Positions 28,541 through 41,252 of a stretch of DNA of 64,000 nt are shown in pieces. This stretch comes from an uncultured Rhabdochlamydiaceae bacterium (GTDB lineage Bacteria; Chlamydiota; Chlamydiia; Chlamydiales; Rhabdochlamydiaceae). The notes under the pieces were generated by a model. The model saw nothing but the letters and a program-made list of their open reading frames with translations. It was not told the DNA's origin and made no database searches. The translations under genes were made by a program, and so were the position numbers. How positions within the stretch are numbered: the stretch's first letter is position 1; every line of letters starts with the position of its first letter. The DNA lies in NCBI GenBank assembly GCA_963712275.1, contig CAVQHD010000001.1:1280001-1344000 (forward strand), read 5' to 3'.

Positions 28541-29233
28541 TTAAATAGGGGCATAGTGCAACGAGGAAGAAACCAGATGTTTAGGGCGAAAAAGTCCAAT
28601 AATACCCTGGTGTGGTTGATTAAGGACTAAGGCGATGCATCGGAGGTTGTTAGAGGCAATCGCATTTACCCTTGGAGAACATCCGAAAGTGATCAATGCG
28701 AAGATTGTTGCCAAGGCTCCAAAGGCTGTTAGAGCAACTCCTATGATTGTCAGGACAAGTCCAGAGGCTAGTCCAAAGAGACGAATCCCAAGTTCCCTTT
28801 TCAAAAAATCGCCTGAGGTATAAAGCTTGTCGATTGTTGTTCGTTGAAAAAGAATGATTTGGCCTAGGTGCTGAGGCATATCCCAGGCATTAAGATAAGA
28901 GTTACTCATAGGTAATAAATCATTTTCTATGAGGCACGTTTCGATATTTGCTAGAGGATTGAGAACCAAGATTAAACGTGAGGCGACTCTTGAGAGAAGA
29001 GCTCCTGTATATCCTTGCAGATGTTTGCAGTGAACAGCTAGGAAGTCATCCCTTCCAAAAAGCGCCAGATCGACTACGGTACTGATAACCGATAGGATTA
29101 AGCAATAGCTTGCTTTTTGTATGTTGTCAACTGCATAGACTGCGTGCATGCCTCGCACATAAAACCCCTTGCCGACGTCCCATGCGGTGTCAGAGAGGCT
29201 TTTAGAGCTTGCGCCTATTGTATGTGCGGACAT
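28541..29233 (-). CDS. Hypothetical membrane protein
   Basis: 230 aa, long hydrophobic hairpin, AAGGAG SD. Confidence 0.6.
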   Translation of the reverse strand: MSAHTIGASSKSLSDTAWDVGKGFYVRGMHAVYAVDNIQKASYCLILSVISTVVDLALFGRDDFLAVHCKHLQGYTGALLSRVASRLILVLNPLANIETCLIENDLLPMSNSYLNAWDMPQHLGQIILFQRTTIDKLYTSGDFLKRELGIRLFGLASGLVLTIIGVALTAFGALATIFALITFGCSPRVNAIASNNLRCIALVLNQPHQGIIGLFRPKHLVSSSLHYAPI

Positions 29234-29360
29234 AAAAACTCCTTGATGAGTTTAAAAGCTTATCAGGTGGGGAGGGGAAAAACAAGTTAAAAAAACGTAG
29301 GTGAAAAAAGCAGTAGACTGTAAACTTCTCGTGCGCACCTGTTGAGTGGGAGACGAAGCA

Positions 29361-30821
29361 ATGGAAAGAGAAAATTTTAACTCTCAGCCTTCTTCTCCTT
29401 CCTCTTTGATGAATTCCAAAACAAGCCAGCTCGATGATCTCTTAAAAGAGAAGCTCGATCAAGCGTTTCATAAGCACACCTCGAAGGTCATTTTAGACGA
29501 TATCGTTAAAATCGCCCGTGAACATTCTCCCATTGACCTTGCCTATGCGGCTTCTCGCCTTCCTCCCACAATCCGCCCAGTTTTATACGAAAACTTAGCG
29601 GCGCTTGAAGGAAAAATTGCCTTCATGGTCAATACCGATGTGAGCACGCGGGCGGCCATTTTTAGATCGATTGATGACAAAGAAGCAAAAAAATTAGTTG
29701 AACAAATGCCGCCCGATGATGCTGTAGCTGTCATGGAAGTGATGCCGGAAAAACGGTTTCGACGGGTGATTGAAATGGTCGAGCCTCAGAAAGCAGCCCG
29801 CATTCGAGAAATTAAGCAGCACCAACGGAATACAGCGGGGCGTCTAATGACAAATGAGTTTTTTGCCTTCCCAATGGAGGTAACGATAGGGGAGGCTGCA
29901 GCAGTGATTCGCGACCATCCAGGAATTGATCTCTCGCGTCAAATTTTTATTTTAAATTCAGAGAGGCAGCTGCAAGGATATGTCCCTGCAAGAAACCTGA
30001 TTGTGAATGCTCCTGAGATACCGTTATGGCAAGTGATGAGGCCTGTTCTTCATCAAGTGCATACAGATGCTTCTCGTGAGGAAGTGGTCGACATTGTGGA
30101 GCGGTATAAACTGGCGGCTTTGCCTGTTGTCGACTCGGGTGAACACCTTGTCGGGGTTGTGACGTACGAAGATGTGATGGAAGCGATTGAAGATATGGCC
30201 GACGAGACGATTGCCCAAATGGCGGGGATTGGGGAAAAGGTGCGGGAACATGAGCCGACGTGGAAGCGGCTTCTGGCCAGAGTTCCTTGGCTTGTGGTGA
30301 CCCTATGTGCAGGTCTTTTGAATGTGAGCTTGATGTCATCTGTTCAAGGGTATGAAGGGGGCATTTTAACGTTCGTGCTCTTCTTTGTCCCTCTCATGAC
30401 GGGCCTTTCTGGGAATATCGGCATTCAGTGCAGTACAGTGCTTGTTCGAAGCATGGCAACAGGGGGGCTTTCTCCAGGGACCAAGGGAGAGGCGATCTTG
30501 AAAGAGATGATTATTGGAGTTTCGTTGGGAGTGATTTTTGGAGTGCTCGCTGGGTTTCTGGTCTGGGGGCTCGATTTGATTGGGATTTCAGGTAATGAGA
30601 TTGTGCCGACACATGTTGGACTGATTGTCAGTGTGGGGCTCTGGGGGGCCTGCCTTGCCAGCACTCTGCTGGGGGTTTTTTCCCCTCTCTTTTTCGCCCG
30701 TATTGGGGTTGATCCCGCGATTGCCGCAGGTCCTATTGTCACGGCCTTTAATGACTTTCTCTCGATGTCAATTTATTTCTTAATTGCGCTTGGATTAAAT
30801 GCGCTGATGGCGGGTGTCTAA
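29361..30821 (+). CDS. mgtE: Magnesium transporter MgtE
   Basis: TAGRLMT, CBS pair, R.PWL, GNIGIQ, DPAIAAGPIVTAFND. Confidence 0.95.
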   Translation: MERENFNSQPSSPSSLMNSKTSQLDDLLKEKLDQAFHKHTSKVILDDIVKIAREHSPIDLAYAASRLPPTIRPVLYENLAALEGKIAFMVNTDVSTRAAIFRSIDDKEAKKLVEQMPPDDAVAVMEVMPEKRFRRVIEMVEPQKAARIREIKQHQRNTAGRLMTNEFFAFPMEVTIGEAAAVIRDHPGIDLSRQIFILNSERQLQGYVPARNLIVNAPEIPLWQVMRPVLHQVHTDASREEVVDIVERYKLAALPVVDSGEHLVGVVTYEDVMEAIEDMADETIAQMAGIGEKVREHEPTWKRLLARVPWLVVTLCAGLLNVSLMSSVQGYEGGILTFVLFFVPLMTGLSGNIGIQCSTVLVRSMATGGLSPGTKGEAILKEMIIGVSLGVIFGVLAGFLVWGLDLIGISGNEIVPTHVGLIVSVGLWGACLASTLLGVFSPLFFARIGVDPAIAAGPIVTAFNDFLSMSIYFLIALGLNALMAGV

Positions 30822-30854
30822 ATGACTAAAGCAAAAGAAACAGACTACGAAGTT

Positions 30855-30956
30855 ACAGAGAAAAATTTCTTTTTTTCTCTGTGCAATCTCATCCCTCTCC
30901 GTGTCTCGGTGGTAAAAAAATGTAAATAAGCCTGACTCGACAAAAGTTTTAAATAT
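30855..30956. repeat. Family B palindromic element, partial copy (loop plus right arm)
   Basis: CTCTGTGCAATCTCATCCCTCTCCGTG...CAAAAGTTTTAAA matches about 12390-12487. Confidence 0.85.
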
Positions 30957-31064
30957 TTGTTCTCATTTCCTATGCTTTGCCTAGTGCAGAAATCGGTGTT
31001 GCAGATAAGGACGATTTCCGATATTCTGATGGTAGGCTTCATAAACTTTTTCGCTCCGGTTTTC

Positions 31065-31376
31065 ATGTTAAAAAAAAGGACAAGTTTACCTCATCGGCAT
31101 CTAAAAGAATTGCTCCCTTCTTTTTTAAAAGAAGTAGAGACTCGATATGAAGAGAAACCAGACAGGGTGCTAAAGGGATGGGCGGAAGTGGCCGATCCGA
31201 AATGGCGCTCAATGACGGAAGCTTGTTCTTTTGAAAAAGGGATTATTGTGGTAAAGGTGGGAAACGCGGCTTTATTGAGTCTGCTGATTCGACAAAAAGG
31301 AGCTGGTTTATTAAAAAAACTGCAGGAAAAGTTTCCTGAGAATTCGATTAAGAAGATCAATTTCCGCATAGGGTAA
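31065..31376 (+). CDS. DUF721/DciA family protein
   Basis: W.EVA, GIIVVKV.NAA, L..KL...IKKINFRIG; upstream of gyrB. Confidence 0.8.
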   Translation: MLKKRTSLPHRHLKELLPSFLKEVETRYEEKPDRVLKGWAEVADPKWRSMTEACSFEKGIIVVKVGNAALLSLLIRQKGAGLLKKLQEKFPENSIKKINFRIG

Positions 31377-31381
31377 TATAA

Positions 31382-33874
<2,493 letters not shown>

Positions 33875-33885
33875 GGGATACACCT

Positions 33886-36333
33886 ATGGATTATGCAAAA
33901 GATCAGATAATTGTTCCTCGTAATGTCGAAGAGGAAGTGAAGGAAAGCTATCTTCGTTATTCGATGTCTGTGATTATCTCACGGGCGCTTCCCGATGTTC
34001 GAGATGGTCTTAAGCCGTCTCAGCGGCGTATCTTATATGCGATGCGGCAGCTCAATTTGACCCCTGGGGCAAAACACCGAAAATGCGCGAAGATCTGCGG
34101 AGATACCTCTGGGGATTACCATCCTCACGGAGAGACGGTCATCTACCCAACTCTTGTACGGATGGGGCAAAACTGGCTCATGCGGTACTGCTTAATCGAT
34201 GGCCAAGGAAACTTCGGCTCCGTCGATGGAGACCCGCCAGCTGCGATGCGTTATACAGAGGCAAGGCTGACCCATTCGGCGATTGCGCTCATGGAAGACC
34301 TTGAAAAAGATACGGTAGACCTCATCCCCAACTATGATGAGACAAAGGTTGAGCCGACTGTTTTTCCTTCGAAATTTCCCAACCTCCTTGCCAATGGGTC
34401 TTCTGGAATTGCCGTCGGAATGGCGACCAACATCCCTCCACACAATATCGAAGAGCTCATCTCAGCTACGATCCGCGTGATTGATAACCCGGCGACTACC
34501 ATCGATGAAATCATGGAGATCATGCCGGCGCCCGACTTTCCAACAGGCGGCGTCATCTGCGGCTACCGCGGAGTCAAAGAGGCGTACCATACTGGGCGCG
34601 GCAAAGTCATGCTGCGCGGCATCATGCACATCGAAGATCCAGAAGGGGACCGGCAGAAAATCGTCATCGACGAGCTGGCCTACAACGTCAATAAGTCGCT
34701 TTTAATCAAGCGGATCGCCGAGCTTGTCAATGAGAAGACCATCAATGGGATTGCTGATCTTCGGGACGAATCGGATAAGGATGGGATGCGCATTGTACTT
34801 GACTTAAAGCGCGGCGAAATCCCCGACGTTACCATTAACCAGCTGTACAAGTTCACCGACATGCAGATCACTTTCGGCTGCAATATGCTGGCTCTTGACA
34901 AAGGAATGCCGCGCACGATGACGATCAAGCATATGATCTCCTCGTGGATCGAACACCGTATAGAGGTGATTCGCAGGCGGACCCGTTTTGAGCTTGCTAA
35001 AGCCGAAGCGCGGGCCCACATTTTAGAAGGGTATTTAAAGGCACTAGACCACCTCGATGCCGTTGTGAAGCTGATCCGGGGAAGCGACACGAGAGAAATT
35101 GCTAAAGTCGAACTGATGGCTCGCTATACCCTTTCAGAGAGGCAAGCGCACGCTGTCCTAGACCTTCGCCTGTATCAATTAACGGGTCTTGAGCGTGGAA
35201 AAATTGAAGAAGAATACCAGGATTTGCAGAAGAAAATTGCCCATTATCTGGCGGTCCTTGCAAGCGAAGCTCTTGTTCGCGGGATCATCAAGGAAGAGCT
35301 CGAAGAGCTCAAAAAACACCACAAAGGGGAGCGAAAAACAAAGATCATCGCAGCCGAAGGGGAGCTTCAGATGGAAGATATCATCCCTGACACCCCTGTG
35401 ATTATCACCATCTCTGAAGACGACTACATCAAACGGATGCCCATCGACACATTCCGAGAGCAGCGCAGAGGCGGCCAAGGGGTTGTCGGAATGGATATGA
35501 AACGGGAAGGGGATTCGCTCAAAGATATCTACGTCGCCTCAACCCACGACACTTTAATGGTGTTTACAAGCCTTGGCAGATGTTACTGGCTTAAAGTCTG
35601 GCAAATCCCTGAAAGCAGCCGCAGATCAAAGGGTAAACCGCTCATCAATCTTCTAGAAGATCTGCAAAGCGGGGAAAAGATTGCCACCGTGCTTCGAGTC
35701 CGCAGCTTTGAGGAAACAGCATCGATCCTTCTTGCCACACGGCAGGGGGTTGTGAAAAAGACCCTGCTGTCGGAGTTTAGCTCTCCGCGCCGCAAAGGGG
35801 TCTATGCCATTAATATCGATGAAGGAGATGAAGTCATCGCAGCCCGCCTCGTTCATGCAGATAAACAAATCATGCTCTTTACGCGCAGTGGAATGGCCGT
35901 TCGATTTGAAGAGAGCCTAGTTCGAGCAATCGGCCGCGTCGCAAGGGGCGTTCGAGGAATTTCTCTCAAAGGAGAATCAGATGCCGTCATCTCTTGCGAG
36001 GTCGTCACACCTCAAGAGTCCGTGCTTATTGTCTGCGAAAACGGCTATGGCAAACGGTCTAAAGTGGAAGACTTTAGACAGACTAACCGTGGTGGAGTCG
36101 GCGTTCGGTCCATCATCACCAGCCAAAGAAATGGGCTTGTCGTTGGCGCGATTTCAGTCACTGATAAGGAGAGCGTCGTCGTCATGTCTAATCTCGGGCA
36201 AACACTTCGAATGTCGATGAAAGATGTCCGCGTGATGGGCCGCTCGACTCAAGGGGTCCGGCTTGTTAACTTGCCCAAGGAAGATAAAGTCGTCGCAGTT
36301 CAAAAAATCGAAGACATCTCTGGGGGAAATTAG
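33886..36333 (+). CDS. gyrA: DNA gyrase subunit A
   Basis: RALPDVRDGLKP, YHPHG, AAMRYTE, GyrA box QRRGGQG. Confidence 0.98.
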   Translation: MDYAKDQIIVPRNVEEEVKESYLRYSMSVIISRALPDVRDGLKPSQRRILYAMRQLNLTPGAKHRKCAKICGDTSGDYHPHGETVIYPTLVRMGQNWLMRYCLIDGQGNFGSVDGDPPAAMRYTEARLTHSAIALMEDLEKDTVDLIPNYDETKVEPTVFPSKFPNLLANGSSGIAVGMATNIPPHNIEELISATIRVIDNPATTIDEIMEIMPAPDFPTGGVICGYRGVKEAYHTGRGKVMLRGIMHIEDPEGDRQKIVIDELAYNVNKSLLIKRIAELVNEKTINGIADLRDESDKDGMRIVLDLKRGEIPDVTINQLYKFTDMQITFGCNMLALDKGMPRTMTIKHMISSWIEHRIEVIRRRTRFELAKAEARAHILEGYLKALDHLDAVVKLIRGSDTREIAKVELMARYTLSERQAHAVLDLRLYQLTGLERGKIEEEYQDLQKKIAHYLAVLASEALVRGIIKEELEELKKHHKGERKTKIIAAEGELQMEDIIPDTPVIITISEDDYIKRMPIDTFREQRRGGQGVVGMDMKREGDSLKDIYVASTHDTLMVFTSLGRCYWLKVWQIPESSRRSKGKPLINLLEDLQSGEKIATVLRVRSFEETASILLATRQGVVKKTLLSEFSSPRRKGVYAINIDEGDEVIAARLVHADKQIMLFTRSGMAVRFEESLVRAIGRVARGVRGISLKGESDAVISCEVVTPQESVLIVCENGYGKRSKVEDFRQTNRGGVGVRSIITSQRNGLVVGAISVTDKESVVVMSNLGQTLRMSMKDVRVMGRSTQGVRLVNLPKEDKVVAVQKIEDISGGN

Positions 36334-36338
36334 ATCAG

Positions 36339-36953
36339 GTGTTCATCTCTTTTGAAGGGGGGGAGGGTGCGGGAAAAAGCACCCTCATTCAAAAAATTTA
36401 TGCCCATCTCGCCCATCTTGGAAAACCGGTCCTTTTAACTCGAGCTCCAGGGGGAACCATGACGGGAGAGCTCATCCGGCATCTTCTCCTCCATCATGAT
36501 GAGAAGGATATTTCCGCAAGGACAGAACTATTTCTTTTCCTTGCCGACCGCTCTCAGCATGTGCAGGAGGTGATTCTTCCTGCCCTGAATCAAAAAAACA
36601 TCGTGCTTTGCGATCGGTTTAACGATTCCACCGTCGCCTATCAAGGAGGCGCCCGCGGCTTTGAGATTGATTGGATCCGAAAGCTCTGCCACTTTGCAAC
36701 CCAAGATCTGGAGCCTGACATCACCCTTTATCTCGATATCGATCCTTTAGAAGGGCTAAGCCGAGTGAAAAGATCTAAAGACCGCATTGAAAAAGAAACC
36801 CTCGCCTTTCACCAAAAAATCCGATCAGCTTACCTTGCCATTGCAAAAAAAGAGCCAAAACGGTTTCATGTTCTCGATGGATCCCAGCCCCCCGATGACG
36901 TTTTCGAGCACGCCATGCAACTTCTCGCACCTCATTGGCAATGCCCATGCTAA
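36339..36953 (+). CDS. tmk: Thymidylate kinase
   Basis: FEGGEGAGKST, LCDRF..STVAYQG. Confidence 0.96.
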   Translation: MFISFEGGEGAGKSTLIQKIYAHLAHLGKPVLLTRAPGGTMTGELIRHLLLHHDEKDISARTELFLFLADRSQHVQEVILPALNQKNIVLCDRFNDSTVAYQGGARGFEIDWIRKLCHFATQDLEPDITLYLDIDPLEGLSRVKRSKDRIEKETLAFHQKIRSAYLAIAKKEPKRFHVLDGSQPPDDVFEHAMQLLAPHWQCPC

Positions 36954-37752
36954 AGAGATTTTATCTCGGTTAATATGTCAAAAATGCGTGCCTCAAGTCC
37001 TCCTCTTTGAGGGACCCCGTGGTGTCGGTAAAGGACTTTTTGCCCTTGAGCTTGCACGCGCCCTTCTTCAAAGTCCGAAACAGGCTCACCCCGATCTTCA
37101 CATCCTCTACCCAGACCCTGATTCTGACCAACACCCGATTGCAACCATCCGTTCCCTCATAGATGAAATTGGTCTTCCCCCCTTTGAGGCTCCCTGCAAA
37201 ATGTTTATCATTCACGACATCGAAAAGATGCTTCCTGCCAGCAGCAACGCCCTTCTTAAAACTCTGGAAGAGCCCCCTTCCGATACTCAGCTTATCTTGC
37301 TCACCTCCCAGCCTTCAGCACTTCTTCCCACCACCCTTTCCCGCTGCTCGAAAATTCCATTCTATCCTGTCTCTGAGGAAGAGCTTGTTTTATTTCTCTC
37401 TGCAAAAACCCCTGATGCCCAAAAGATCGCCCTTCTTGCGGAAGGATCTGTCGCAGAGGCCCTCGCCCGCCTTGACCACCCCACGCCTTCTCTGCCTCTC
37501 AATGACCTCTTTCAGTGTCAAAACTATCCCGATCTGCACCACCTGCTGACCAAGCACCTTGAAAAGTTAGGCGAGCTCTCCTCCGTAGAAACCGACCGGC
37601 TGTTTGAAGAAATGCTTTATTGGATCCGGCAGCATGCCCCTCTCCAGCTTGAAAAGGCCATTCCTCTCGTGATCGAGGCTCGCACCGCCCTTTTTCATCA
37701 TCTCAAGCTTAAGACCGTGCTTGAAAAATTTTTTCTTAACTACCTTTTTTAG
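36895..37752 (+). CDS. holB: DNA polymerase III delta' subunit
   Basis: LFEGPRGVGK, HPD, NALLKTLEEP, TTLSRC; follows tmk. Confidence 0.9.
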   Translation: MTFSSTPCNFSHLIGNAHAKEILSRLICQKCVPQVLLFEGPRGVGKGLFALELARALLQSPKQAHPDLHILYPDPDSDQHPIATIRSLIDEIGLPPFEAPCKMFIIHDIEKMLPASSNALLKTLEEPPSDTQLILLTSQPSALLPTTLSRCSKIPFYPVSEEELVLFLSAKTPDAQKIALLAEGSVAEALARLDHPTPSLPLNDLFQCQNYPDLHHLLTKHLEKLGELSSVETDRLFEEMLYWIRQHAPLQLEKAIPLVIEARTALFHHLKLKTVLEKFFLNYLF

Positions 37753-37777
37753 TCCACTCTTGGTAGCATAATCGCCT

Positions 37778-38848
37778 ATGCCACTCCAACCTTTAGAATC
37801 GGTTTTAAAATATTTTTCCTCTGAGACCTTCAGCAGATCCGCCAAGTGGTTTTTGCATGAAGTCATCGAGCTCAATAAGAGGAGCTGGACAGGTGAACGC
37901 TTTGAAGTGGTTAAAAATGTCGCCTATCTCATCTTATTTGCTGCAGCTTCCTTTGTCTTGAAAAAAACAGCCTCTGTTTTCTCCTACAAAAAAGGGCCTT
38001 CAAAATCAGAAGATGCGCCGACCGTTCCACCCGTTCCTGTTGCTGGTGGGGTATATAAACTTCTTGAAGAAGAGTGCCAACTAAGAACCGATTATGGTGA
38101 TTTGTTCAAATGTTTAAAAAAGCTTAGAGGAGAAGAGGGAAGGCAATTAGAAGACCGATTTAAAGCGTTAGAACAGCAGTTTAAGTTGTATCTACCTCTT
38201 CCCCAGCTTGAGAGCTGTTTTCAAGCTTTCAATCAGATGAAGGCTCAATTTCAGCTTGTCAGAGAAAAACGGGTGGAATTGTTTTTTGCTCCTCCAAGAA
38301 TCACCGATGAGAAAGTTATCCCAATTCCTGCCGATGGCAATTGCTTATATGAAGCCGTTGCCCAAGCTGAATACTTACATCGCAATAAGAAATTTAGACG
38401 TGCTCCCGATGAGCTACGAAGGCAGGTGATTCAGTGGGAAGAAGAGAATCTTTCAAGAGATGAGGAGCTTCAAAACCACATTGAAATTGCGATCGCTTTC
38501 TACCTTGAAGACATGGATGAGCAAATCGGGAAGGAAGAAAGCTCTATTCGAGTCATTGAGGCAGAAGGAAGAGATCAAACAAAAAAGAGGGCTCAGCTGA
38601 ATGAATTTAGACAATCTCTAGCCCCTTTTCGCTCAGAGGGCCGCATTGCCCATTACTTTAAAAAAGCGGCGGAAAAAGGGTTTTGGGGAACGACAGCCGA
38701 AAGTTATACCATTGCAAAGCTTTTGAATGTCCACCTGCAAGTGGTTAAAAAAGACGAGAATTTAACCCAATCTTTCAACCCAGAGGCTAAAGAAACCCTG
38801 ACGATTTATTTTGTCCGGGGATCTCATTTTGAGCTTCAGGTGGAGTAA
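37778..38848 (+). CDS. OTU-family deubiquitinase (putative effector)
   Basis: IPADGNCLYEAVA Cys box, LR, WG..AE, GSHFE His box. Confidence 0.82.
   Translation: MPLQPLESVLKYFSSETFSRSAKWFLHEVIELNKRSWTGERFEVVKNVAYLILFAAASFVLKKTASVFSYKKGPSKSEDAPTVPPVPVAGGVYKLLEEECQLRTDYGDLFKCLKKLRGEEGRQLEDRFKALEQQFKLYLPLPQLESCFQAFNQMKAQFQLVREKRVELFFAPPRITDEKVIPIPADGNCLYEAVAQAEYLHRNKKFRRAPDELRRQVIQWEEENLSRDEELQNHIEIAIAFYLEDMDEQIGKEESSIRVIEAEGRDQTKKRAQLNEFRQSLAPFRSEGRIAHYFKKAAEKGFWGTTAESYTIAKLLNVHLQVVKKDENLTQSFNPEAKETLTIYFVRGSHFELQVE
38742..38848 (+). repeat. 107-bp direct repeat, copy 1 (OTU gene 3' end)
   Basis: 105/107 identical to 40498..40604. Confidence 0.95.
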
Positions 38849-39125
38849 AGAGGCTTAGGACTATATTCCAAAGGGCGAGATACAGAAATCAAACATGAAG
38901 CATCAGTGACAACAGGCGACAAAAGACTGCGCTCAAGGTGCTCAATACAAATTCGAGCTTTATCGGCTTCGTACACGAGAAAATTGGACATTGTTAGTGA
39001 TGAGGTTGTTCTATGAAATAATTTTTTTTGTCGTGTACGAAGAAATTTTTTATTGAAAAAAACTCAGAATTCATTTAAAAGATTGATTTCTTAATGAGTG
39101 AAGGATCTAACACAAGGAGGTTGTC

Positions 39126-39971
39126 ATGGCCATTGGAGTTCAATTAACAGCCGAATATAGGGCTTATTTTTTATTACCAAGTGAGAGGACTGCATTAATG
39201 AAAGTCAAAGATATACCATCGAATTCAGCTTCAGGTATAGGTTTAATTGATAATGACATAAATGCACTACTGGATAAAGTAGATAATCTGAGTTTTCATA
39301 TTGGAGAGTTAGTAAAACAGATTGGGACTAAACGAGAAGTGATTGGAAAGTTAGAAGCAGAGCTCATTGAGCTTCGTAAGCAGAAAGAGAGTACTTCAAC
39401 TGGTTACGGTGTTGCTGCTGTTGTAAATAGTGTATTTACTTATGCGGGACCTATAACAACTGTTGTTGGAGCTGCTTTGGGTATTATGGGGCCAATTTCA
39501 GCACCTGTAGTAGGTTTTATTTGTGGAGCAGGAGCTGTTGTAACTGGTATAACAACGTATTATTCTAGAGAATCCTCATCACACAAAGATTCATTAGATA
39601 ATATAAAAAACGCAGAAAGAAATTTAAATAATTTTAAAATCGATCCTATAAATATTACTCGTTTAGAATTAGAGGAATCTCTATGTTTATCTAAAATTTT
39701 TAGTATATTTGAGAAAAATTGCGAAAATAGTGCTCAAAAGGAGGAACTACAAGGGAAAGTCGAAGAAATATTAAAATTTAGTAAGTATAGAATAGAATAT
39801 TTAAATGCGATAATTAATTCTGAAAGTTCGTATTGTGATAAATTAAACGAAGAAAGGACTTCCATTAAAAACGGGTTAGACAAGTCAGACCCTTTACGTA
39901 CCATTCCTGGGATAGCTTCCGGTGCAGCTCGCGAAGTCAAATATTCATCGGTGCTCCTTAAAAACAATTAG
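39126..39971 (+). CDS. AT-rich Inc-like protein (coiled coil plus bilobed hydrophobic domain)
   Basis: AAGGAGG SD; hydrophobic stretch GVAAVVN...GAVVTGITTYY between coiled coils. Confidence 0.65.
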   Translation: MAIGVQLTAEYRAYFLLPSERTALMKVKDIPSNSASGIGLIDNDINALLDKVDNLSFHIGELVKQIGTKREVIGKLEAELIELRKQKESTSTGYGVAAVVNSVFTYAGPITTVVGAALGIMGPISAPVVGFICGAGAVVTGITTYYSRESSSHKDSLDNIKNAERNLNNFKIDPINITRLELEESLCLSKIFSIFEKNCENSAQKEELQGKVEEILKFSKYRIEYLNAIINSESSYCDKLNEERTSIKNGLDKSDPLRTIPGIASGAAREVKYSSVLLKNN

Positions 39972-40147
39972 AAATCACATCATCTAGCAAAAAGGGTAGT
40001 GTTTACCATTGCCCTTGAAATCTCTCATACACGAAAAAACCAACTGATTAGGAGCAGATTCTTATATGATTGACATTAGAGGTGGAGACCCACTCCTATC
40101 TCTTAAGAGTAAAATTTAAATGAACTATAAAGATTTTTCGTAGCTAT

Positions 40148-40336
40148 TCACCAGCTTATTTTTAAGAAAGAGGAAAATCGGGCACGAAAGAATTGCCTTG
40201 AGCTATTTTCGTTAACATGGCAACTATGCGCATGAGTAGCTTTCGCTCTTTTGCATAGCGAGCTTCCTCTATAAGACGGAGACGAATGATACAGATTAAG
40301 TCCATCGACAAAAACGGCTACCCGCTGATGACTCAT
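40148..40336 (-). pseudogene. Truncated NYN/LabA (DUF88) nuclease remnant
   Basis: RVAVFVDGLNLYH N-terminal motif only. Confidence 0.6.
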
Positions 40337-40497
40337 ACTTTTCTATAAAAAAACAAACCACGGGTTTATGGCCCGTGGCTTTCGCATGCGACTGCCCATG
40401 CGGAATGTACAAATCATCTTATCAGGATGCTGATATTTTTGCATATATCAAAATGCAAAAATAATATTAATGAAATTAGAGAACCTCTTGTGAATAA

Positions 40498-40604
40498 TGG
40501 TTAAAAAAGACGAGGATTTAACCCAATCTTTCAACTCAGAGGCTAAAGAAACCCTGACGATTTATTTTGTCCGGGGATCTCATTTTGAGCTTCAGGTGGA
40601 GTAA
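40498..40604 (+). repeat. 107-bp direct repeat, copy 2
   Basis: Matches 38742..38848 with 2 mismatches. Confidence 0.95.
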
Positions 40605-41230
40605 GGAGGACGATACGCAAGACGAAGCGCTTGCAGCTCTGTCCACCAGTTTCTAGCGCAGAGGAGAATTAGCCCGCCTTTTGAAATAGCCTCAATAGGT
40701 CCTTTGTTCAAATCCTTACGGAGGAATTCACGCCTTCTTGCAATGACTTGCAAAAAGAGAGATAAGGTTCGACATTCTAAAGAGTCATATTTGAGGGTGA
40801 CAACATTGAGGATGTCAATAGTGAAGTGCAACCCAGTCTTCAGCGTCCTTTTGCTGCAAAGCTTTGCACCATTCGTTATCAGTGAGCGAGCCACTTCCAA
40901 GTCCTTTACAAAACTAGGTTTCAATGAGTAAGCTCCAATAGTGATGACTGAAAAAATAAGATTAACGATTCCCAGAATTTTCTTTTTCTTATCTTTATCA
41001 GATTCCCCTTTTATTCCTTCGTAGATTTGAACTCCTTCAAAAAACCATCCGACATACCTTCCCTTTTCCGGAAAGAGCGGGGCGATTAAAGGAAATAGGT
41101 TCGTCCCATGCACAATGAGTTGCCTAGTGAAAGAATCATATCGTTTGTCAAGTGATGGGGTATAAGAGTACAAGTGATTGAAAATATGAGCGTTTGGACG
41201 GTCAATCAACTTAGTCAATGAAGCAAACAT
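40592..41230 (-). CDS. Hypothetical protein, tandem paralog A
   Basis: 212 aa; paralog of 41253..41891. Confidence 0.7.
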   Translation of the reverse strand: MFASLTKLIDRPNAHIFNHLYSYTPSLDKRYDSFTRQLIVHGTNLFPLIAPLFPEKGRYVGWFFEGVQIYEGIKGESDKDKKKKILGIVNLIFSVITIGAYSLKPSFVKDLEVARSLITNGAKLCSKRTLKTGLHFTIDILNVVTLKYDSLECRTLSLFLQVIARRREFLRKDLNKGPIEAISKGGLILLCARNWWTELQALRLAYRPPYST

Positions 41231-41252
41231 ACTCTCTCCTCATGGGTAGAAA

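Noticed and set aside
38849..40497. IS1634-derived non-autonomous element as the cause of the 107-bp repeat
   Set aside because: The IS1634 IR (CCCGAGTTTGACAGCT) is absent from the islet ends, so the mechanism cannot be assigned
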